From: Candidatus Latescibacterota bacterium
GTDB lineage: Bacteria; Latescibacterota; UBA2968
Assembly: GCA_965204745.1 (NCBI GenBank)
Contig: OZ242010.1
Location: 2,144,001 to 2,208,000 of the forward strand
DNA length: 64,000 nucleotides
Direction of reading: 5' to 3'
The position numbers and the translations under genes are program-made. The notes under the pieces were generated by a model. That model was not told where the DNA came from, searched no databases, and was given only the letters and a program-made list of their open reading frames with translations. Below are positions 18,926-31,715 of the stretch, piece after piece (position 1 is the first letter of the stretch; each line of letters starts with the position of its first letter).

Positions 18926-20143
18926 TCAAGTTGACGAAAGGCGAGCGGGGAAGAAACGCACGGGCGGAGAGGTGGATGAGCGGGGCACGCACTTCGTCTT
19001 ATTTTTTTCTGCAAGTCGCCGCATCGCTGCCGCGTGGCTCATGCCCTCGGCCCGCAGGCGTTTGTACGCGGGTTCGTCCAGGCCTTCGGGATTGAGGAAT
19101 GCGCGGATGTCGTAGCGTCCGGGCACGGTGACGGGCAATTTGCCTTCTTTGATCATCAATCGCAGGGGATAGTCCTTTTCCGCGAGGGGCAGGTGGACGA
19201 CGCGGTGTTGGCGTGCGGATTCAAACAGGGCCATCATAATCTCCACGGTGGCGCGTGCTTTGCGGCCCGAAGCGCGGTGCTCCTCGCCGCCTTCCAACCA
19301 CGCGATCAATTCGCGCACGGACGCGGCATTGGTCTCGCCACCGATAGCGCGATGGGTCTTCGCAATATCCACCTCTTCCCATCCTTTGCTCCGTGCAGTG
19401 AACAGGCGAATCGCGTTCTCGGTGACATCCATCATGCCCTCTGTGCCGCGAATTTGAAAATGCCCCGCGTTTTCCCCTGGTCGATTCAGATCCGCTTGGA
19501 TCAAAGCCTGCGCGCCATTTTCAAATGCGATCAGCCCCATGCACGCATCCTCGATTGGCGTATCGCGCTCAAACCGGTCGGTTTGCCGCTCGACCGCGCC
19601 CATCACCCACTCGGTTTTGGGATCGTCCAACACAAAGCGAATGCCATCGATGGTATGCGTCGCCCAGTTGATCAAGCCCTGCGCGACCTGCCCTTGCACC
19701 ATCACCGCATCGCCGATCACTTTGTCGCGCATCAGCACCCGCGCCCGTTCCCAACCGGGGGTAAAGCGACGCTGGTGGCTGATCACCAATTTCGCGCCGT
19801 TTTGCTCGCACGCCTCCAACATGCGGTCCGCCTCGCCCAAGCCGATGGCCATGGGCTTTTCGCAAATAATGCCCGGCACCCCACCATTTGCCGCGCCTAT
19901 CGTGCAATCGGGATGGAGCAGATGCCACGTACAAACGCTGGCGATATCGAGGTCTTCTCTCGCCACCATTTCGTCCAGCGAGGCGTACGCGTTGGGAATG
20001 CCAAATTCCTCGCAAAATTGCGCCCGCGCCACGGGATGGGGATCGGCGACGGCCACCATTTCCGCATTGGCAACGCGCAAATACCCATCGGCGTGACTGC
20101 GTGCAATTGAACCACATCCGATGATGCCGACTCTGTAAGCCAT
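18926..20143 (-). CDS. Gfo/Idh/MocA family oxidoreductase
   Basis: GIIGCGSIA, CEKPMA, HQRRF, THTID. Confidence 0.9.
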   Translation of the reverse strand: MAYRVGIIGCGSIARSHADGYLRVANAEMVAVADPHPVARAQFCEEFGIPNAYASLDEMVAREDLDIASVCTWHLLHPDCTIGAANGGVPGIICEKPMAIGLGEADRMLEACEQNGAKLVISHQRRFTPGWERARVLMRDKVIGDAVMVQGQVAQGLINWATHTIDGIRFVLDDPKTEWVMGAVERQTDRFERDTPIEDACMGLIAFENGAQALIQADLNRPGENAGHFQIRGTEGMMDVTENAIRLFTARSKGWEEVDIAKTHRAIGGETNAASVRELIAWLEGGEEHRASGRKARATVEIMMALFESARQHRVVHLPLAEKDYPLRLMIKEGKLPVTVPGRYDIRAFLNPEGLDEPAYKRLRAEGMSHAAAMRRLAEKNKTKCVPRSSTSPPVRFFPARLSST

Positions 20144-20323
20144 GGGAATAATCCGGGTTAGGTGACAGCGTAGCTTTCAAAGTTCAGTTTGCCAAGAACG
20201 ATGTACCCAAAAAAATATGTGGTATCACGGCGTCAAACTTTACAGGAGGGATTGCCCAAGCCCAAGTATATTTTTTTCACGGAGTAGCACAGAATGATCT
20301 GACTGCCTTGCGCCCCTCATACC

Positions 20324-21556
20324 CTATTTGCGCGATGGGGAATTGTATTCTGTGGTCGCGCTTTCCTCTATCCGCTCGCCGATCTCGCCGGTGGCTTTGT
20401 CCTTTACGATGCGCTTCAACCGGCCATCTGGCATGCGCTCGGTTTTCAGGGTGACATCTGGCGCGGCTGATTCGGTTGATGCTGTTTCCGATTTCATGGC
20501 TTCGCCGCGCCAGTCCATCTCGATGGTCTCCCACTGCTTTGTTTTTGCCGAGCGATAGCACGCATCGATAATGGCATTGACGACATAGCCATCGTACAGG
20601 GTCTCCATTGGCTCGCAGCCTTCATCCCACGCATCGAACATATCCACAAACATATCCGAGTACCCCAACTCGGCGACCTCGTCGCCCACCGGAAAGAGCC
20701 ATCCGGTATCGCCTTCGGCTTTCTCGGCCACATAGCCGCCTTGTCCCACAGCCGTGAACATGTCAAATCCCGTCCGCAACCAGTGATTGAGCCAAATTGT
20801 GCCCTCTGTTCCGGCCACCTCGTCCCGCAGATCCATCCCACCGCGGAATGCCCATCCCACCTCGAACTGCCCCATCGATCCATTTTCAAACTCGATCAGC
20901 CCAATCCCGTGATCCTCTGCCGCGACTGGATGCACGAGCGTATTCGCCCAGCACATGACCTCGACCGGGCGAACGCCCTTGCCGATGAAATTGCGGATGA
21001 TCTCGATGCAGTGACATCCCATATCCACTATCGCGCCCCCGCCTGCGCGGTTCACATCCCAAAACCAATCGCTGTGCGGCCCCGGATGTGTCTCGCGTGA
21101 CCGCACCCACAATATCCGTCCCAACGCCCCGTTTTTGACGGAATCCAACGCCTTTAGGGTTTTGGGCGGATATACCAAATCCTCCAAATACCCGCCAAAT
21201 ACGCCCGCCTTTTCCACGGCGTCGAGAATCTGCTTGGCCTCGCCAGCCGTGCGCCCCAAGGGCTTGGTACACAACACGGCCTTGCCCGCTTGGGCCGCCA
21301 ACATCGCGGCTTCGACGTGCATATCATTGGGCAACCCGATCATCACGCCATCGGTCTCATCATCTTCAATCGCCGCCTTCAAATCCGTGCTCCACTTCGG
21401 AATGTCCCATTCCCGCGCAAACCCTTGGGCGCGCTCCTGCGTCCGCGAATACACCATCTGCACCCGATCTATGCCCCGATGCCTGTGCAATGTCATGGTG
21501 TAAAACATCCCGATCAGCCCGGTTCCCAACATCGTCAACCGATGCCCTTTTGGCAT
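20324..21556 (-). CDS. Gfo/Idh/MocA family oxidoreductase
   Basis: [24 protein letters not shown]; start MPKGHRL with AGGAG RBS. Confidence 0.9.
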   Translation of the reverse strand: MPKGHRLTMLGTGLIGMFYTMTLHRHRGIDRVQMVYSRTQERAQGFAREWDIPKWSTDLKAAIEDDETDGVMIGLPNDMHVEAAMLAAQAGKAVLCTKPLGRTAGEAKQILDAVEKAGVFGGYLEDLVYPPKTLKALDSVKNGALGRILWVRSRETHPGPHSDWFWDVNRAGGGAIVDMGCHCIEIIRNFIGKGVRPVEVMCWANTLVHPVAAEDHGIGLIEFENGSMGQFEVGWAFRGGMDLRDEVAGTEGTIWLNHWLRTGFDMFTAVGQGGYVAEKAEGDTGWLFPVGDEVAELGYSDMFVDMFDAWDEGCEPMETLYDGYVVNAIIDACYRSAKTKQWETIEMDWRGEAMKSETASTESAAPDVTLKTERMPDGRLKRIVKDKATGEIGERIEESATTEYNSPSRK

Positions 21557-21599
21557 TTTGAACTCCTTTTTAAGGTAAGAGGGCAGACGCAAAGAAAGG

Positions 21600-21775
21600 T
21601 AAGAGGTGAGAAGTGAGAGGCGAGATGGGATTTTAGCCACAAAAGGCACGAGCGGGGTACAACTGGCGATAGCCAGTTCAAAGGCACGAGCGGGTACAAC
21701 TGGCGATAGCCAGTTCAAAGGTGAGCGATATGTGTAGGGGCGATGCCCCTGTGCTCGCCCGAAGATACAAGAGGG
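21600..21775 (+). repeat. composite interspersed repeat copy (downstream of sprA)
   Basis: Direct copy of 28000-28145 with the GGTACAACTGGCGATAGCCAGTTCAAAGG module duplicated. Confidence 0.85.
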
Positions 21776-21782
21776 GAGTGGA

Positions 21783-24700
21783 TCACTGAAATCCAATCTC
21801 GCCCCAGAGTCGGAAGTCCCAGGTCACGTTGGTCAGGCCCTCGCGGAGTTGGTCGATGCGCCGTTCATGGCGGAACGTGGTGCCGCCCGTGAAGCGCGAG
21901 CTAAAAGCGTATTGCGTGCCTAGGGTGACGGACCATGACTCGGTGTTCTGGCGGATGATGGGTTCTGGGATCACGTCTGGCGTTGCGCTGCGCGGGATTT
22001 CGGTCTGCGTGTTTATGGTGCGCGAAAAGGAGAGGTTGAGTTCCAAGTTGCTCTGCAATCTGCCCTGAAGCGAGTAGCGCGCGTCCGCTTGCAGGGTGCT
22101 GTTTTTCGTGAGGGTGGTGCTGATGAGGCGGTCCGCGAGTGAGGGCGGGGCAACCGTTTCGTCCGCGATGACATTGCGCTGGTACCGAATGTCATCGGTT
22201 TGGGTTTGGCGACTGCTCAAGGTCGTGTTCACGCCGCCTTTCCAGCGCGCGCTCCATTGAAAGAGCGGGTTGAAGCCGGTTTCTTTGGCGTCGCTGGTGA
22301 TGAACTGCTCGCCGAGGCTCAGCGCGCCATCCCCGCGCCGGATGCGCGATTCTTGGTAGCCAAAATTGGCATTGGAACTGACCCACAACCAGCGGAGGAT
22401 GGGCACGCGCTCGAGGCCGCGCCAACTCATATCGACTTTGGGAAAAATGATTTGATCGTCTTTGCCGAGGGTGCTGCCGCGCTGTTCGTTTTGGGAATAC
22501 GTGGCAGAGGTGTTGAGATTCAGGCCCAAGGGCAGGCGAACCCCGCTAGATGCCTGCGCTTGACTGCGAATGGTTTTCGCATTGACCCGGGTGCCCGCGC
22601 CCGTGGTGACAGAGGGGACATCGATGGTATCTGTAAAGCCGAATTGGTAGGCCAATGACGGGCGGGCCGTAAGCCCAAACAGGTTGTTCGACGTGTTGCG
22701 GGAAATGCTGCTCGTCACGTTTTGAAGCCTCGTGCCGGCTCTGCCGATCCAGCGCAAGATGGAAAACCCGTTGCCGGGTCTGCGCGCCATGCCTTGAAAC
22801 AGGCCGGGCAGGTTGAAGTTGACGCGCGCTTGTGCGGTTTGCGTGCTCGTGGCGGAAAGCCCGCGCCGAATGTTGCCGTGTTGCACGCGCTCCCCGCCGA
22901 GTTCAAAGCGGTCGTTGTAATTGGCCGAGTACGAGGGGTTGATCGAGAGCCAGTTGGAGAGGCGGGGCGTGAACCGGAAATTGATCGTCTGCGTGCGCGA
23001 TGTTTCGCGGCCAAATTGGAGTTGGGTCAGGGCGTAGCCATTGCGTAGATCGCGGTCGATGTTGAGCGAGTAATCCGCGGTGAGGCTGCGAAAGGGCGCG
23101 AATTTGATGGCGTAATTTTCGCTTAAGTTGAAGGTCTCGCGCACCGTGTCGATCACGTTTGACGTATCGTTCGCCACAGCGCGAAACGAGGTTTCATCCG
23201 ACACGCCGCGATTGAAGCGCAGGTTGTAGTTGAGGCTGGTGGGCAAGAAAAAGAACTGCGCTTCTTTGAGGGGTTTGTAAAAGGGAACCCACTTAAAAAT
23301 CGCAATGGATTTGCGCTGGGACCACGCCTGATTGTAGGTCAAGTTGCCGTTGAGGTTCTGGTTCTGGCTTTGCCTGCGCTGCGTGATCGCGCCGGTGGTC
23401 GAGGCGTCTGAACTGTAGTTGAGCGACGTGGAGGCTTTGTCGAACAAGATGCGCGACAGCAAGCTCGGGTCTTCGCGTGCGGGCCGTTTGCGGAGCGAAA
23501 TGGTAAAGCGCGTCTGCGAGCGGATGTCGCTTTCATTGGCCTTTTGTTCTGGGGTGAGCACGATGTCAGAGCCCGGGCGGATGCGCGGGCTGGACGAGAA
23601 CCGGTTGTAGCTGAAGCGCGCCGGGATAGAGGCGTTCCACTCGGCGGGGAGGAATTTGTCGAGGTTGATCTGGCTGTCGAAGTTGAAGCGCGTGGTGGTG
23701 TTGCCCGAGGCATTGCCTTGCAGGTCTTGAAAATCCCCGCTCCTGCGCTCAAGGTTGACCGTCAAATTGCCCAAGTCCGCAAGGGTCATGCGCGTGTCCG
23801 CAAGGGCGGACAAGGCGGACTTTTTGCGGATGTTATCCACGTGCAATTCGTTGAGCCAAATTTCGTTTTTGCCCATCAAGAGGCGGTCGCCCAAGTTGCG
23901 AATGCCCACGGTGAACGCGCTGATCGAGGAGAGTGCGGGATTGCCGCGCACGATGTAGGCGCGCCCGTCGACGTCTAGCTCGATGCGATTGCCCGGTTGG
24001 TCGTAGCGCGCGAGGAACTCGCCCTGACGCAGGGCCACGCGCACGGTATCGGATTCGCGCCCGGCGGTTTGGAGGTCGAGCAGTTGGCCCTTGAGTTGCG
24101 ACATGAGCTCGAGGTCGATCTGCACGGTGTTGATTTCTTCCGCCCACCCGCGATAGATCCGAGAGCGGTATTCGTAGTAGTTGAGGGTGTCGGCACTGAT
24201 GGGCGAGAATTGCATAAAAAATTCAATGGGACTGGGGCCTGCGCTCAGGGTATCCGCAGGGTCGGGGAAATTGGCGTCATAGGTGGGGGAGGAGGGATTG
24301 CCCCCGTGGATGTACAACTTCATCGTGCCGTAATTGGTGTAATTTCCGGCGTTGCCGGGCAAGACGCGGGACGCAGAGATGGCTTCGCCTGGGTGTAGAT
24401 CGACAAATTCGAGGACCATGGAATTTTCCGACAAGCGAATGCCGGTGGTGGGGTCGATTTCGCGCTCGAGGTCCGCAGGGGATTCGTAAAAGGAATTGTC
24501 TGTGCCAATGGTCGAGATCTGAAAATCGCCGGACAACTGGCCGAAGGGCACGGGATTTTCCTGCCATGAACTGCCGGTGGTGGCCATGGTATAAATTTCG
24601 ACGGTGGTGGTGTCGCCGTGTTCGAGCCACAGCCGCGCAAAGCCAATCGCGCTGGTAAAGGTGGTGTCAGGAGTGCCCTCAAACGCGCGGGGCGCGTCTT

Positions 24701-27700
24701 GCCCCTTGAGGGGAATCCGCAACAGGCGCCACGGCGGGTTGGAGATGCCGCGCAATTCCGGAAACAGGTCGGATTCGGTGCCGGGCACGAGCAGGGACGG
24801 GCCGGTAAACGCGCCGGTTTCCGGGGACAGGCCCCGGTCCGTGCTCAAATCTATGCTGTACCGGATAAAACTCTCGCGCTGGTCGAGAAACCCATTGCTG
24901 TTGAGGTCTTCGGTATCCGGGCGCGATTGCCGCTCGGTGCGGTTGTCCTCGGTGCCATTGATGCCGGGGGGATAGCGGATGAAGTGGTCGGTGGTGTTTT
25001 GGTCGATGTCTTGAAAATTGTCGCCCGACGGGTCGTCTGGCACGGTGACGCCTGGGAAGATTTTTTGAAAGACCTCGGCTTCCTCGGCGTCTGTGAGCCC
25101 ATCGAGGCCCGTGTCTTCTTCCTCGACGACGATGTCGTCGCCGGTGGGCAAGCCGCCGATGGGTTTGTCCTCGGTGCGAAAGCCGCGCGGGAACCGGTCG
25201 CGGTCGTCCGGGTCGTTGTGCGTGGGGTGATCCAGGGGCAGGGCGACCCGCTCGGAGATGTCGCCCAAGTCGATGTGCAACAGGCCCTTGTCGCCCCGAA
25301 TCCAGAGCTCGATGAATTTGTCCCGCAACAAGTCGGAGCGGTTGATATAGCGCGTAATGCCGGCCCACGAGCGTTGGGGAATGCCGGATTGGGCGTTGCG
25401 CGTGCGCGTGGGAAATCCATTGCTGCGCGCGGGTTCAAAGCGCAGTTTGAAAATATCCACGATGTCTTGCTCTGCGGTGATGTCGTCTCGGGTGGGCTGG
25501 ATTTGCGAGAGGGAGGCGCGGTCCCTGTCGATGGGGTTGTACCAAGTCAGGCGGCCCTGTGGCAAGGCGAGCGGCAGGGCATTGCGCGTCGGCGTGCTCG
25601 CGCGCGTCCACCCCAGTTTGCCGATGGAGAACCGCTTGCTACTCAAGGAGGCTTCAAAGTCGTCGATGTAAGCGATGTTTTTCGTGTTGGGGTTTGGCAG
25701 GCTTTGCGCGACTTCCATGTCGATGTCGATAGAGGACGGGGTTTGCGTGTTCACCAATGGGATGGAGTTGACCAACGAGGTCAAGAACTGCGGCTGCATG
25801 CGGAACCGCGCATTGGCATCCCACAAGATCGTGCGCGCGGGTTCTTGCCCGACCCGCACGCGGTGATCAGGCGCGCTCTGGTTGCTGTAAAGCACGGTCA
25901 TGCCGATGAGGGAATACTGGTCTTCAAAGGGCCGCTCAAAGCGAAAGCCCACCAGGCTTTTGGATTGCGACAAGCCGCCGAATACGTCTTGGTTTTGGTA
26001 CGAGATGTCGAGATCAGCGGTGGGGTCAGAGGCTTCGTTTTCCGCGTCTCCGATGAATTTCAACCGGCCGAGGGTGTAGTTGATCGTATAGTCTTTGTCG
26101 CGCTCGAGGGTGCGGTTGTTCAGGCGCACGACTTCGCTGTTTTCGATCAGCCCGATGCCCAGGGTAAATTCGGTTGCGCGGCTCGACGAGCGCACGCGGA
26201 TCACGTAGCGCCCGGCTTCGCTGCGGTTGGTGGAATTGGTTTCCGTGTAGATGGCGGGCACGCGCACTTCGAGATCTGGCGCGCCCAAGCCCTCTTCGCC
26301 AAACGGCTCGAGAAAGGGAAAGACGAGATGGCCTCGGGCGAGGAGGAGACCGGGGATTTCATTGCCCGTGCCGATGTCGATTCTCTGATCCGGGGGCGAG
26401 GATTCGGAAGCTCCATTGGCGTGTCGGTCGAGGCCGAAAATTTGCAGGTACGGATTGCCCTCTTGGTTGTCCTGCGGATTCTCGCCGGCCACGATGCGGA
26501 CGATGCCCACGTTCAAGCCGATGGGGTCGATGTTGCGCCCGCCGAGATAATAGACATTGCGCCATGAGAGATTCCACGTCGGATCCGAGGGGCGTTGTTG
26601 CCGGGCTTTGATGAGCTTGAGGCGGATTTTTTTGTCCGGATTGCCCGGCTCTGGAATGAATTGGATGTCGCCAACAATCGCGCCGGCCGCGGTTTGATAC
26701 GCGACTGCGAGGGTGTATCCCTCCGAGACCCGGCCGCGTTCATGGATGAGATAGCCTTCGGGCAGGACCGTAAATTCAGACGGGGCGAGTTCGTGAAACG
26801 TGCCTTCTTCCACGCCCTTGTCAAAGCGGCGCGACCCGGCTTCGTCGGGCGATCCATTGTTCCAAGACACGTAAGCCACGCCGGGAATGGCCGAGTCTTC
26901 GAGGTCGTTTTGCGCGTTAAAATCATTGAGGAACACGCGCACGCTTTGCACGTTGACGCGGGCATTTGGCGCGGGCAGGATGCCGATGCGGAAGTTTTCC
27001 CGGTAAATTTCGTCCAAAAAAAAGTACGTGTTTTGAAGATACTGGTGATCGGGGATTTCCTGAGCCGATTCCTCGGTCTGACCCGTAAAGGTTTTGCGGT
27101 CGGACGAGGCTTTGTCTTGCGACGTGACGAGCGTAAAATTGACCGCGCCGACCCTGCCGCGCGTTTTGATGCCAAACAGGCCGCCCCTGTTGCCGCCGCT
27201 AAAGCCGATTAAGCGCGTGCCGGGCAAGGAGAGCGACGTGCTACCGGCTTCGATAGATTCGATGATGCCGTCTTCGTCGCCTTTGTATTGCAGGCGCAGA
27301 CCATCGGTCAAGTTAAAGTCCTGCGCGCTGTTTTGTTCGAGAGAAACCGTGATGCGGTCGCCGATAGTGCCTTCGACCGTGAGGTGGGCGTCTTGTTCAA
27401 AATTGATGGTGGGAAAGCGCGAGGTGTGCGCGGTGACAGCTTGCGCTTCGCCCAAGGTGTACTGCGAGACGCCCGACAATTCGATGCGGCGGCGGCCCCG
27501 AATGATGAGATTGGTTTCCCCCTCGCCGGTGATCGCACTCAGGCGTTTGGGCACGCGAAACGGGATTTTGACGTCGATCAAGCCCTCGCCCTCGTCGTCG
27601 CTCGTCACCTTGCTGCCCAAGCGTTCTCGGGCGAGGCGATGGGCGTCATTGTGGAATTTGTAGCGCGCAAATTCGCCCAAGCCGATGATGACGGGCATGC

Positions 27701-27986
27701 CATAAGGCGCGCCGCCCAAGTCGCGGAAGACCATCAGGCGGAACGGGGCTTCTGGTTCCAACAGTTGCACGGTGGGCTTGGTATAGGCGCGTCTGCGGGG
27801 AAAATACGGCGCGGCTTGCGGATCGTCGCGCAAAAACACCTCGAGGGTTGACGCGCCGAGTTGCGGACGCAGGCCCGGCGTCGCAAACGCCACGCACGGA
27901 TAGAGCAACGCGAGACAGAACAAAACGCCGACCACTGAGAGGTGAGAGGTGAGACGCGAGAGGTGAGAGGCGGATGAACAAAGCAT
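21783..27986 (-). CDS. sprA: SprA/Sov-like large outer-membrane protein (type IX secretion translocon homologue); start uncertain
   Basis: ~2070 aa; [71 protein letters not shown]; beta-barrel-like C-terminus ending in aromatic residue. Confidence 0.8.
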   Translation of the reverse strand: MLCSSASHLSRLTSHLSVVGVLFCLALLYPCVAFATPGLRPQLGASTLEVFLRDDPQAAPYFPRRRAYTKPTVQLLEPEAPFRLMVFRDLGGAPYGMPVIIGLGEFARYKFHNDAHRLARERLGSKVTSDDEGEGLIDVKIPFRVPKRLSAITGEGETNLIIRGRRRIELSGVSQYTLGEAQAVTAHTSRFPTINFEQDAHLTVEGTIGDRITVSLEQNSAQDFNLTDGLRLQYKGDEDGIIESIEAGSTSLSLPGTRLIGFSGGNRGGLFGIKTRGRVGAVNFTLVTSQDKASSDRKTFTGQTEESAQEIPDHQYLQNTYFFLDEIYRENFRIGILPAPNARVNVQSVRVFLNDFNAQNDLEDSAIPGVAYVSWNNGSPDEAGSRRFDKGVEEGTFHELAPSEFTVLPEGYLIHERGRVSEGYTLAVAYQTAAGAIVGDIQFIPEPGNPDKKIRLKLIKARQQRPSDPTWNLSWRNVYYLGGRNIDPIGLNVGIVRIVAGENPQDNQEGNPYLQIFGLDRHANGASESSPPDQRIDIGTGNEIPGLLLARGHLVFPFLEPFGEEGLGAPDLEVRVPAIYTETNSTNRSEAGRYVIRVRSSSRATEFTLGIGLIENSEVVRLNNRTLERDKDYTINYTLGRLKFIGDAENEASDPTADLDISYQNQDVFGGLSQSKSLVGFRFERPFEDQYSLIGMTVLYSNQSAPDHRVRVGQEPARTILWDANARFRMQPQFLTSLVNSIPLVNTQTPSSIDIDMEVAQSLPNPNTKNIAYIDDFEASLSSKRFSIGKLGWTRASTPTRNALPLALPQGRLTWYNPIDRDRASLSQIQPTRDDITAEQDIVDIFKLRFEPARSNGFPTRTRNAQSGIPQRSWAGITRYINRSDLLRDKFIELWIRGDKGLLHIDLGDISERVALPLDHPTHNDPDDRDRFPRGFRTEDKPIGGLPTGDDIVVEEEDTGLDGLTDAEEAEVFQKIFPGVTVPDDPSGDNFQDIDQNTTDHFIRYPPGINGTEDNRTERQSRPDTEDLNSNGFLDQRESFIRYSIDLSTDRGLSPETGAFTGPSLLVPGTESDLFPELRGISNPPWRLLRIPLKGQDAPRAFEGTPDTTFTSAIGFARLWLEHGDTTTVEIYTMATTGSSWQENPVPFGQLSGDFQISTIGTDNSFYESPADLEREIDPTTGIRLSENSMVLEFVDLHPGEAISASRVLPGNAGNYTNYGTMKLYIHGGNPSSPTYDANFPDPADTLSAGPSPIEFFMQFSPISADTLNYYEYRSRIYRGWAEEINTVQIDLELMSQLKGQLLDLQTAGRESDTVRVALRQGEFLARYDQPGNRIELDVDGRAYIVRGNPALSSISAFTVGIRNLGDRLLMGKNEIWLNELHVDNIRKKSALSALADTRMTLADLGNLTVNLERRSGDFQDLQGNASGNTTTRFNFDSQINLDKFLPAEWNASIPARFSYNRFSSSPRIRPGSDIVLTPEQKANESDIRSQTRFTISLRKRPAREDPSLLSRILFDKASTSLNYSSDASTTGAITQRRQSQNQNLNGNLTYNQAWSQRKSIAIFKWVPFYKPLKEAQFFFLPTSLNYNLRFNRGVSDETSFRAVANDTSNVIDTVRETFNLSENYAIKFAPFRSLTADYSLNIDRDLRNGYALTQLQFGRETSRTQTINFRFTPRLSNWLSINPSYSANYNDRFELGGERVQHGNIRRGLSATSTQTAQARVNFNLPGLFQGMARRPGNGFSILRWIGRAGTRLQNVTSSISRNTSNNLFGLTARPSLAYQFGFTDTIDVPSVTTGAGTRVNAKTIRSQAQASSGVRLPLGLNLNTSATYSQNEQRGSTLGKDDQIIFPKVDMSWRGLERVPILRWLWVSSNANFGYQESRIRRGDGALSLGEQFITSDAKETGFNPLFQWSARWKGGVNTTLSSRQTQTDDIRYQRNVIADETVAPPSLADRLISTTLTKNSTLQADARYSLQGRLQSNLELNLSFSRTINTQTEIPRSATPDVIPEPIIRQNTESWSVTLGTQYAFSSRFTGGTTFRHERRIDQLREGLTNVTWDFRLWGEIGFQ

Positions 27987-27999
27987 GATAGCACGAGCC

Positions 28000-28160
28000 A
28001 GAGGTGAGAGGTGAGATGGGATTTTAGCCACAAAAGGCACAAAAGGCACAAAAGGCACGAGCGGGGTACAATTGGCGACAGCCAGTTCAAAGGCGAGCGA
28101 TATGTGTAGGGGATGCCCCCGTGCTCGCCCAAAGATACAAGAGGTAAGAAGTGAGACGCG
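28000..28160 (+). repeat. composite interspersed repeat copy (upstream of sprA)
   Basis: Same modules as 21600-21775. Confidence 0.85.
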
Positions 28161-28685
28161 AGAGGTGAGAAGTGAATGAACAACGCAACATGATAGCACG
28201 AGCCACATGAAAGAGCAAGGGAAAATCCGCCAAAAACAGCGAAAGCCAAACGACGCAAGGCGCGTCTTTTTTTTGAAAAATAAAATCGTATATTTGGATG
28301 GACGAATGGGCGAATTGACGAACCCCGACCACCGAGTGAAAGGCGAGACGCGAGAGGACTACCCCGCTGTCCAACCCCCCGCGCACGTCGGCGATTCGGC
28401 TATTCGTCGCTTCCTTGAACTTCTCTCTTTTTTAAAGGTTCCGCATGCGCTTGCGTCGGTACGTGTTGAGCGAATTGGCGATGCCATTCGGCCGCGCAAT
28501 GGCCTGGAACGATGTGCTACCTCCGGCTTGGGGCGCGTGGGCCGCAAACGCGATTTTCAGCGCGACTGGCCTTGCTCTGTTGCTGACGACGCGAAAATGA
28601 AAAAGCCCCATCGGAAATCGCTTGCGCGACTCGGATGGGGCGTTGGTTTGATGCGTCAAAACGAAGTGCAACCGCGCTTATCCTT
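28161..28685 (+). pseudogene. duplicated, internally deleted copy of the lptFG locus (upstream region + lptF 5' end fused to lptG 3' end)
   Basis: 28161-28488 matches 34793-35098; 28488-28685 matches 37260-37457. Confidence 0.9.
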
Positions 28686-28714
28686 TGCTGACGGAGTTCG
28701 CCGTTCCGTCTGTT

Positions 28715-30445
28715 CTACGCCACCTCGACGACTTCCTCGCCCAGCATATCCACGAGTTTCACCGCCACTTTCGCGTCGGCGCGGGGCAATGTTAGCGCGT
28801 ACTCGCCTTTGATGAGATCGGTCTTCTTTTTTGGAATATCGCTTTCCGCGATGTCGAAATACCTGCCATTGTAATCCGTATCGATGAGCACGCAGTCGAT
28901 CTGCACTCGAAAGTCGTCGATCTGTTCGTTAAAAATCGTCCTGTCGATTTCCATTCTCGCGAGGATAGAGGGGCTGATGTAGTCGATAATTTTGACCGTC
29001 GCCTTTTTGCCTGTTATGGCGATTTGCACATCCGCCTCTGCGGGCTGATTGGTGATCACGCCATCCCGCTGGATGTCGCAGACGGCGATTTTATTGATCG
29101 GGCTTTTCTCTTGGGCGAGTTCGGCGATGATGCCCATTTCAGAGCCGTTGCAAAAAACGGCGATATCCCGGGTTTCATCTGGGCGATTGTGGGCAATTTC
29201 GTCCTTGATGATCTGAATATCCAGCCGGTTCAAGGGCCTGTGCAGGTCGATGATTTTCGCCAATTTGCCGCCGACTATGCCGTCGAAAAACAGATCGCCG
29301 TTGTCCTTTTGGATGCCGTACTTGGAGATGATAATTTTCTCGAGTCCGTTCTGCGCGACAAAGTCGTAGTTGTTCACCCGATAGTGAATGAAGCCGCGGC
29401 CGTTCTCTATCAAGTCGCCGTTCTTCTCGTCGATGACGCCTTGTAACCGCTTGATCGTGGTTTGAATCGCCCCCTTGTTCAGGTCCGCCACAATCCAGCG
29501 GCGGCCCAATTTTTCGGCCACTGCGGCGGTGGTACCGCTGCCGCAAAAGCAATCGAGGACGATAGAGCCTTTGTCGCTCGACGCTTTGATGACGCGCTCC
29601 AACAGGGCTTCGGGTTTTTGCGTGGGAAAGTCGAGAAGTTCGGCACGCCACGCAGATACATTTGACATATCAATCCACCATGATTCTGGAACTTTGCCTT
29701 CCTCGTGTCTGGCGAGTTGGGAGCTTTTATCATATTCCGCATCCCCAATTGTTCGTACCTCTGTAAAATCCGCCTTGTACGGTATGCGTATGTCATCGGG
29801 ATTAAAAATAGCCCTGTCGTTATTCTTTTTATATCGCAGAATATTGTCGTGTTTTTTGGGAAAATTTTGGGGCGACGGCCCAGGAAACGTATAACACCAA
29901 ATAATCTCGTTGCCGAAATTTTCCGCTCCAAATACCTCGTCCAGCAAAAAGCGCAAGTGATGGCTTTTGTGCCAGTCGCAGTGCAGGTAAATACTCCCTT
30001 GTTCGCTCAACAATTCCCGCATTAAAATCAGCCGCTCGTACATAAACTGCAAATAATTGTCATTCGCCCAAATATCCTCGTACTGCGTCTGTTCGACGGC
30101 CGTATGTCCATCGCCTTTGAGCATTTTGGATTGCCCGCGCAACCTGACTTTGCGGACGTAATCCGCGGCGGAATCAAACGGCGGGTCGATATAAATGAGA
30201 TCGACCTTGCCCCTGAACCCAGCGATCAAAAGGGAAGACAGAATTTCCTTGTTATCGCCGTGAAAAAGCAAATTGTGCCCGCTTTCCACAAACGCATCGT
30301 AGGACGGCTCGGCGGGCGGATTTTCAACGCCCAAGGTCTCGCACAACTGCGCCGGGAAATGCTGTACTGTATCCAGCGGCTTCTTGCCGACCCAGTGGAG
30401 CATTGGGCGGCCTTTGACCGGGGTGATTTTGAGGGATCGGTTCAT
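28715..30445 (-). CDS. type III-like restriction-modification methyltransferase (Mod, N6-adenine)
   Basis: [49 protein letters not shown]. Confidence 0.9.
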   Translation of the reverse strand: MNRSLKITPVKGRPMLHWVGKKPLDTVQHFPAQLCETLGVENPPAEPSYDAFVESGHNLLFHGDNKEILSSLLIAGFRGKVDLIYIDPPFDSAADYVRKVRLRGQSKMLKGDGHTAVEQTQYEDIWANDNYLQFMYERLILMRELLSEQGSIYLHCDWHKSHHLRFLLDEVFGAENFGNEIIWCYTFPGPSPQNFPKKHDNILRYKKNNDRAIFNPDDIRIPYKADFTEVRTIGDAEYDKSSQLARHEEGKVPESWWIDMSNVSAWRAELLDFPTQKPEALLERVIKASSDKGSIVLDCFCGSGTTAAVAEKLGRRWIVADLNKGAIQTTIKRLQGVIDEKNGDLIENGRGFIHYRVNNYDFVAQNGLEKIIISKYGIQKDNGDLFFDGIVGGKLAKIIDLHRPLNRLDIQIIKDEIAHNRPDETRDIAVFCNGSEMGIIAELAQEKSPINKIAVCDIQRDGVITNQPAEADVQIAITGKKATVKIIDYISPSILARMEIDRTIFNEQIDDFRVQIDCVLIDTDYNGRYFDIAESDIPKKKTDLIKGEYALTLPRADAKVAVKLVDMLGEEVVEVA

Positions 30446-30452
30446 TTGATTT

Positions 30453-30917
30453 TCACCTACAAATGGCAAAAAAGATGATGAGCGCGAGATAAAGAAGGGC
30501 AAAGATAATGGGAAGAAAGGTCTCGACAACCGTGAGTTTCCAGTAGCGTCTTGTCTTCGGTCTTTCTTTTTCTTCCATTCCCAACAACTCCCATTCCCGC
30601 TTAAAAAAGGGATAGGCGAGTTTTTCTTCCAACTCATGAAGAGCGGCAAACTTTCCCGAATTGAGTTGGCGATAGGATCGGATAATGATATACCATGCTG
30701 CGGAAAGAAAAATCCCAAAAATACTAACGGCGGTCAAAATTGCACCGACAGGCATGGTCTCGGTGCCGTATCTAAGAAATGCAACGAGAAAAATTAAAGT
30801 GCCCGTCAGCAGACTTACGAAAAGCCGATTTGCTCCCTCGCGCCTCTGACTCACCCTATCCGCGAGTTCGGCATGGAGTTTATAGATTTCCAAAAGTTCC
30901 TGTCTATTCTCGTCCAT
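30453..30917 (-). CDS. 154-aa membrane protein, 3 predicted TM helices (candidate pore effector)
   Basis: [42 protein letters not shown], three hydrophobic segments; start overlaps the TIR stop (TAATG). Confidence 0.8.
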   Translation of the reverse strand: MDENRQELLEIYKLHAELADRVSQRREGANRLFVSLLTGTLIFLVAFLRYGTETMPVGAILTAVSIFGIFLSAAWYIIIRSYRQLNSGKFAALHELEEKLAYPFFKREWELLGMEEKERPKTRRYWKLTVVETFLPIIFALLYLALIIFFAICR

Positions 30918-31333
30918 TAGGTCAACCCCCTTATCGCCGAGACAATGCTTTCGGTGTTCCAACCAACAATGCGGTCGGCATTGTTTTTTACGATTTGAGA
31001 TGTCTTCCTACTTCCCCATGGCTCTATGGCTATGATTGGTTTTGCAACCCCAAACCCTTCTCTCGCTATTTCTATTTCTTTCTTAATCCACTTACTGTAG
31101 GTTGCATAAACCCCTGCCAAGATGAGTACCACACCACAAGGTTGCATTTTCCGACGAATAGCCTCATATAGTTGTCTATCAGTCCCTACTGCATGAATCG
31201 GGTCGTCTTTAGGCACCGAATAGTCTTTGAAAAAAAAATATGGTCTTGCTTCTAACAAATCTATTAGATTTTCATAACTGTCCGAATATGCCCAAGAATG
31301 ACTGATAAATAGATTGCGGATTCTCATTCTCAT
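30917..31333 (-). CDS. TIR-domain protein, ThsB/MTH538 (DUF1863) type, copy 1
   Basis: LFISHSW, DYSVPKDDP, WIKKEIEIA (catalytic Glu position), KPIIAIEPWG, VGWNTESIVSAI. Confidence 0.88.
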   Translation of the reverse strand: MRMRIRNLFISHSWAYSDSYENLIDLLEARPYFFFKDYSVPKDDPIHAVGTDRQLYEAIRRKMQPCGVVLILAGVYATYSKWIKKEIEIAREGFGVAKPIIAIEPWGSRKTSQIVKNNADRIVGWNTESIVSAIRGLT

Positions 31334-31421
31334 ATTTCCCTCCTCACTGTGGGTTTATCCAACTCAGCAATTGGCTCAATTTCCGCCTCATATAACGTAT
31401 TCACACCCGAAAGTCAACAAC

Positions 31422-31658
31422 TTATCCAAGCTGTGATTGGCTCGATTTCCGCCGCCATTCCAGCGATGTTTTTTCAAGTTCGAGTGCCGTATATTTATCG
31501 CCGTATTCCCTGAGTGACCCGGCCCAATTCTGCCGCAATGTAGGAGTGGCTTTAGGCCCCCGTTCTTCTGCGAGCAACTCGACCAATTCCAGTACCTCGC
31601 ACTGCTTGTCCGCGGGCAGTTTATGCAATTTTTTGACGATAATTTCTTCAACGGTCAT
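31422..31658 (-). CDS. DUF2281-like antitoxin (orphan)
   Basis: KLPADKQCEVLELVELL...LRQNWAGSL pattern; C-terminus runs into a repeat. Confidence 0.65.
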   Translation of the reverse strand: MTVEEIIVKKLHKLPADKQCEVLELVELLAEERGPKATPTLRQNWAGSLREYGDKYTALELEKTSLEWRRKSSQSQLG

Positions 31659-31715
31659 GTCTTACCTCGCATTTAGAATCCCGAGTTGCCGCCCTCGCGT
31701 GACTTACCTCGTCCG

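Noticed and set aside
24618-26567. Long antisense ORFs (also 3337-4980, 40638-42293, 54140-56032)
   Set aside because: Shadows of well-supported genes on the opposite strand in GC-rich DNA; no motifs
28207-28812. 201-aa ORF across the duplicated lptFG fragments
   Set aside because: Reads through duplicated non-coding DNA and lptF/lptG fragments; no independent coding evidence
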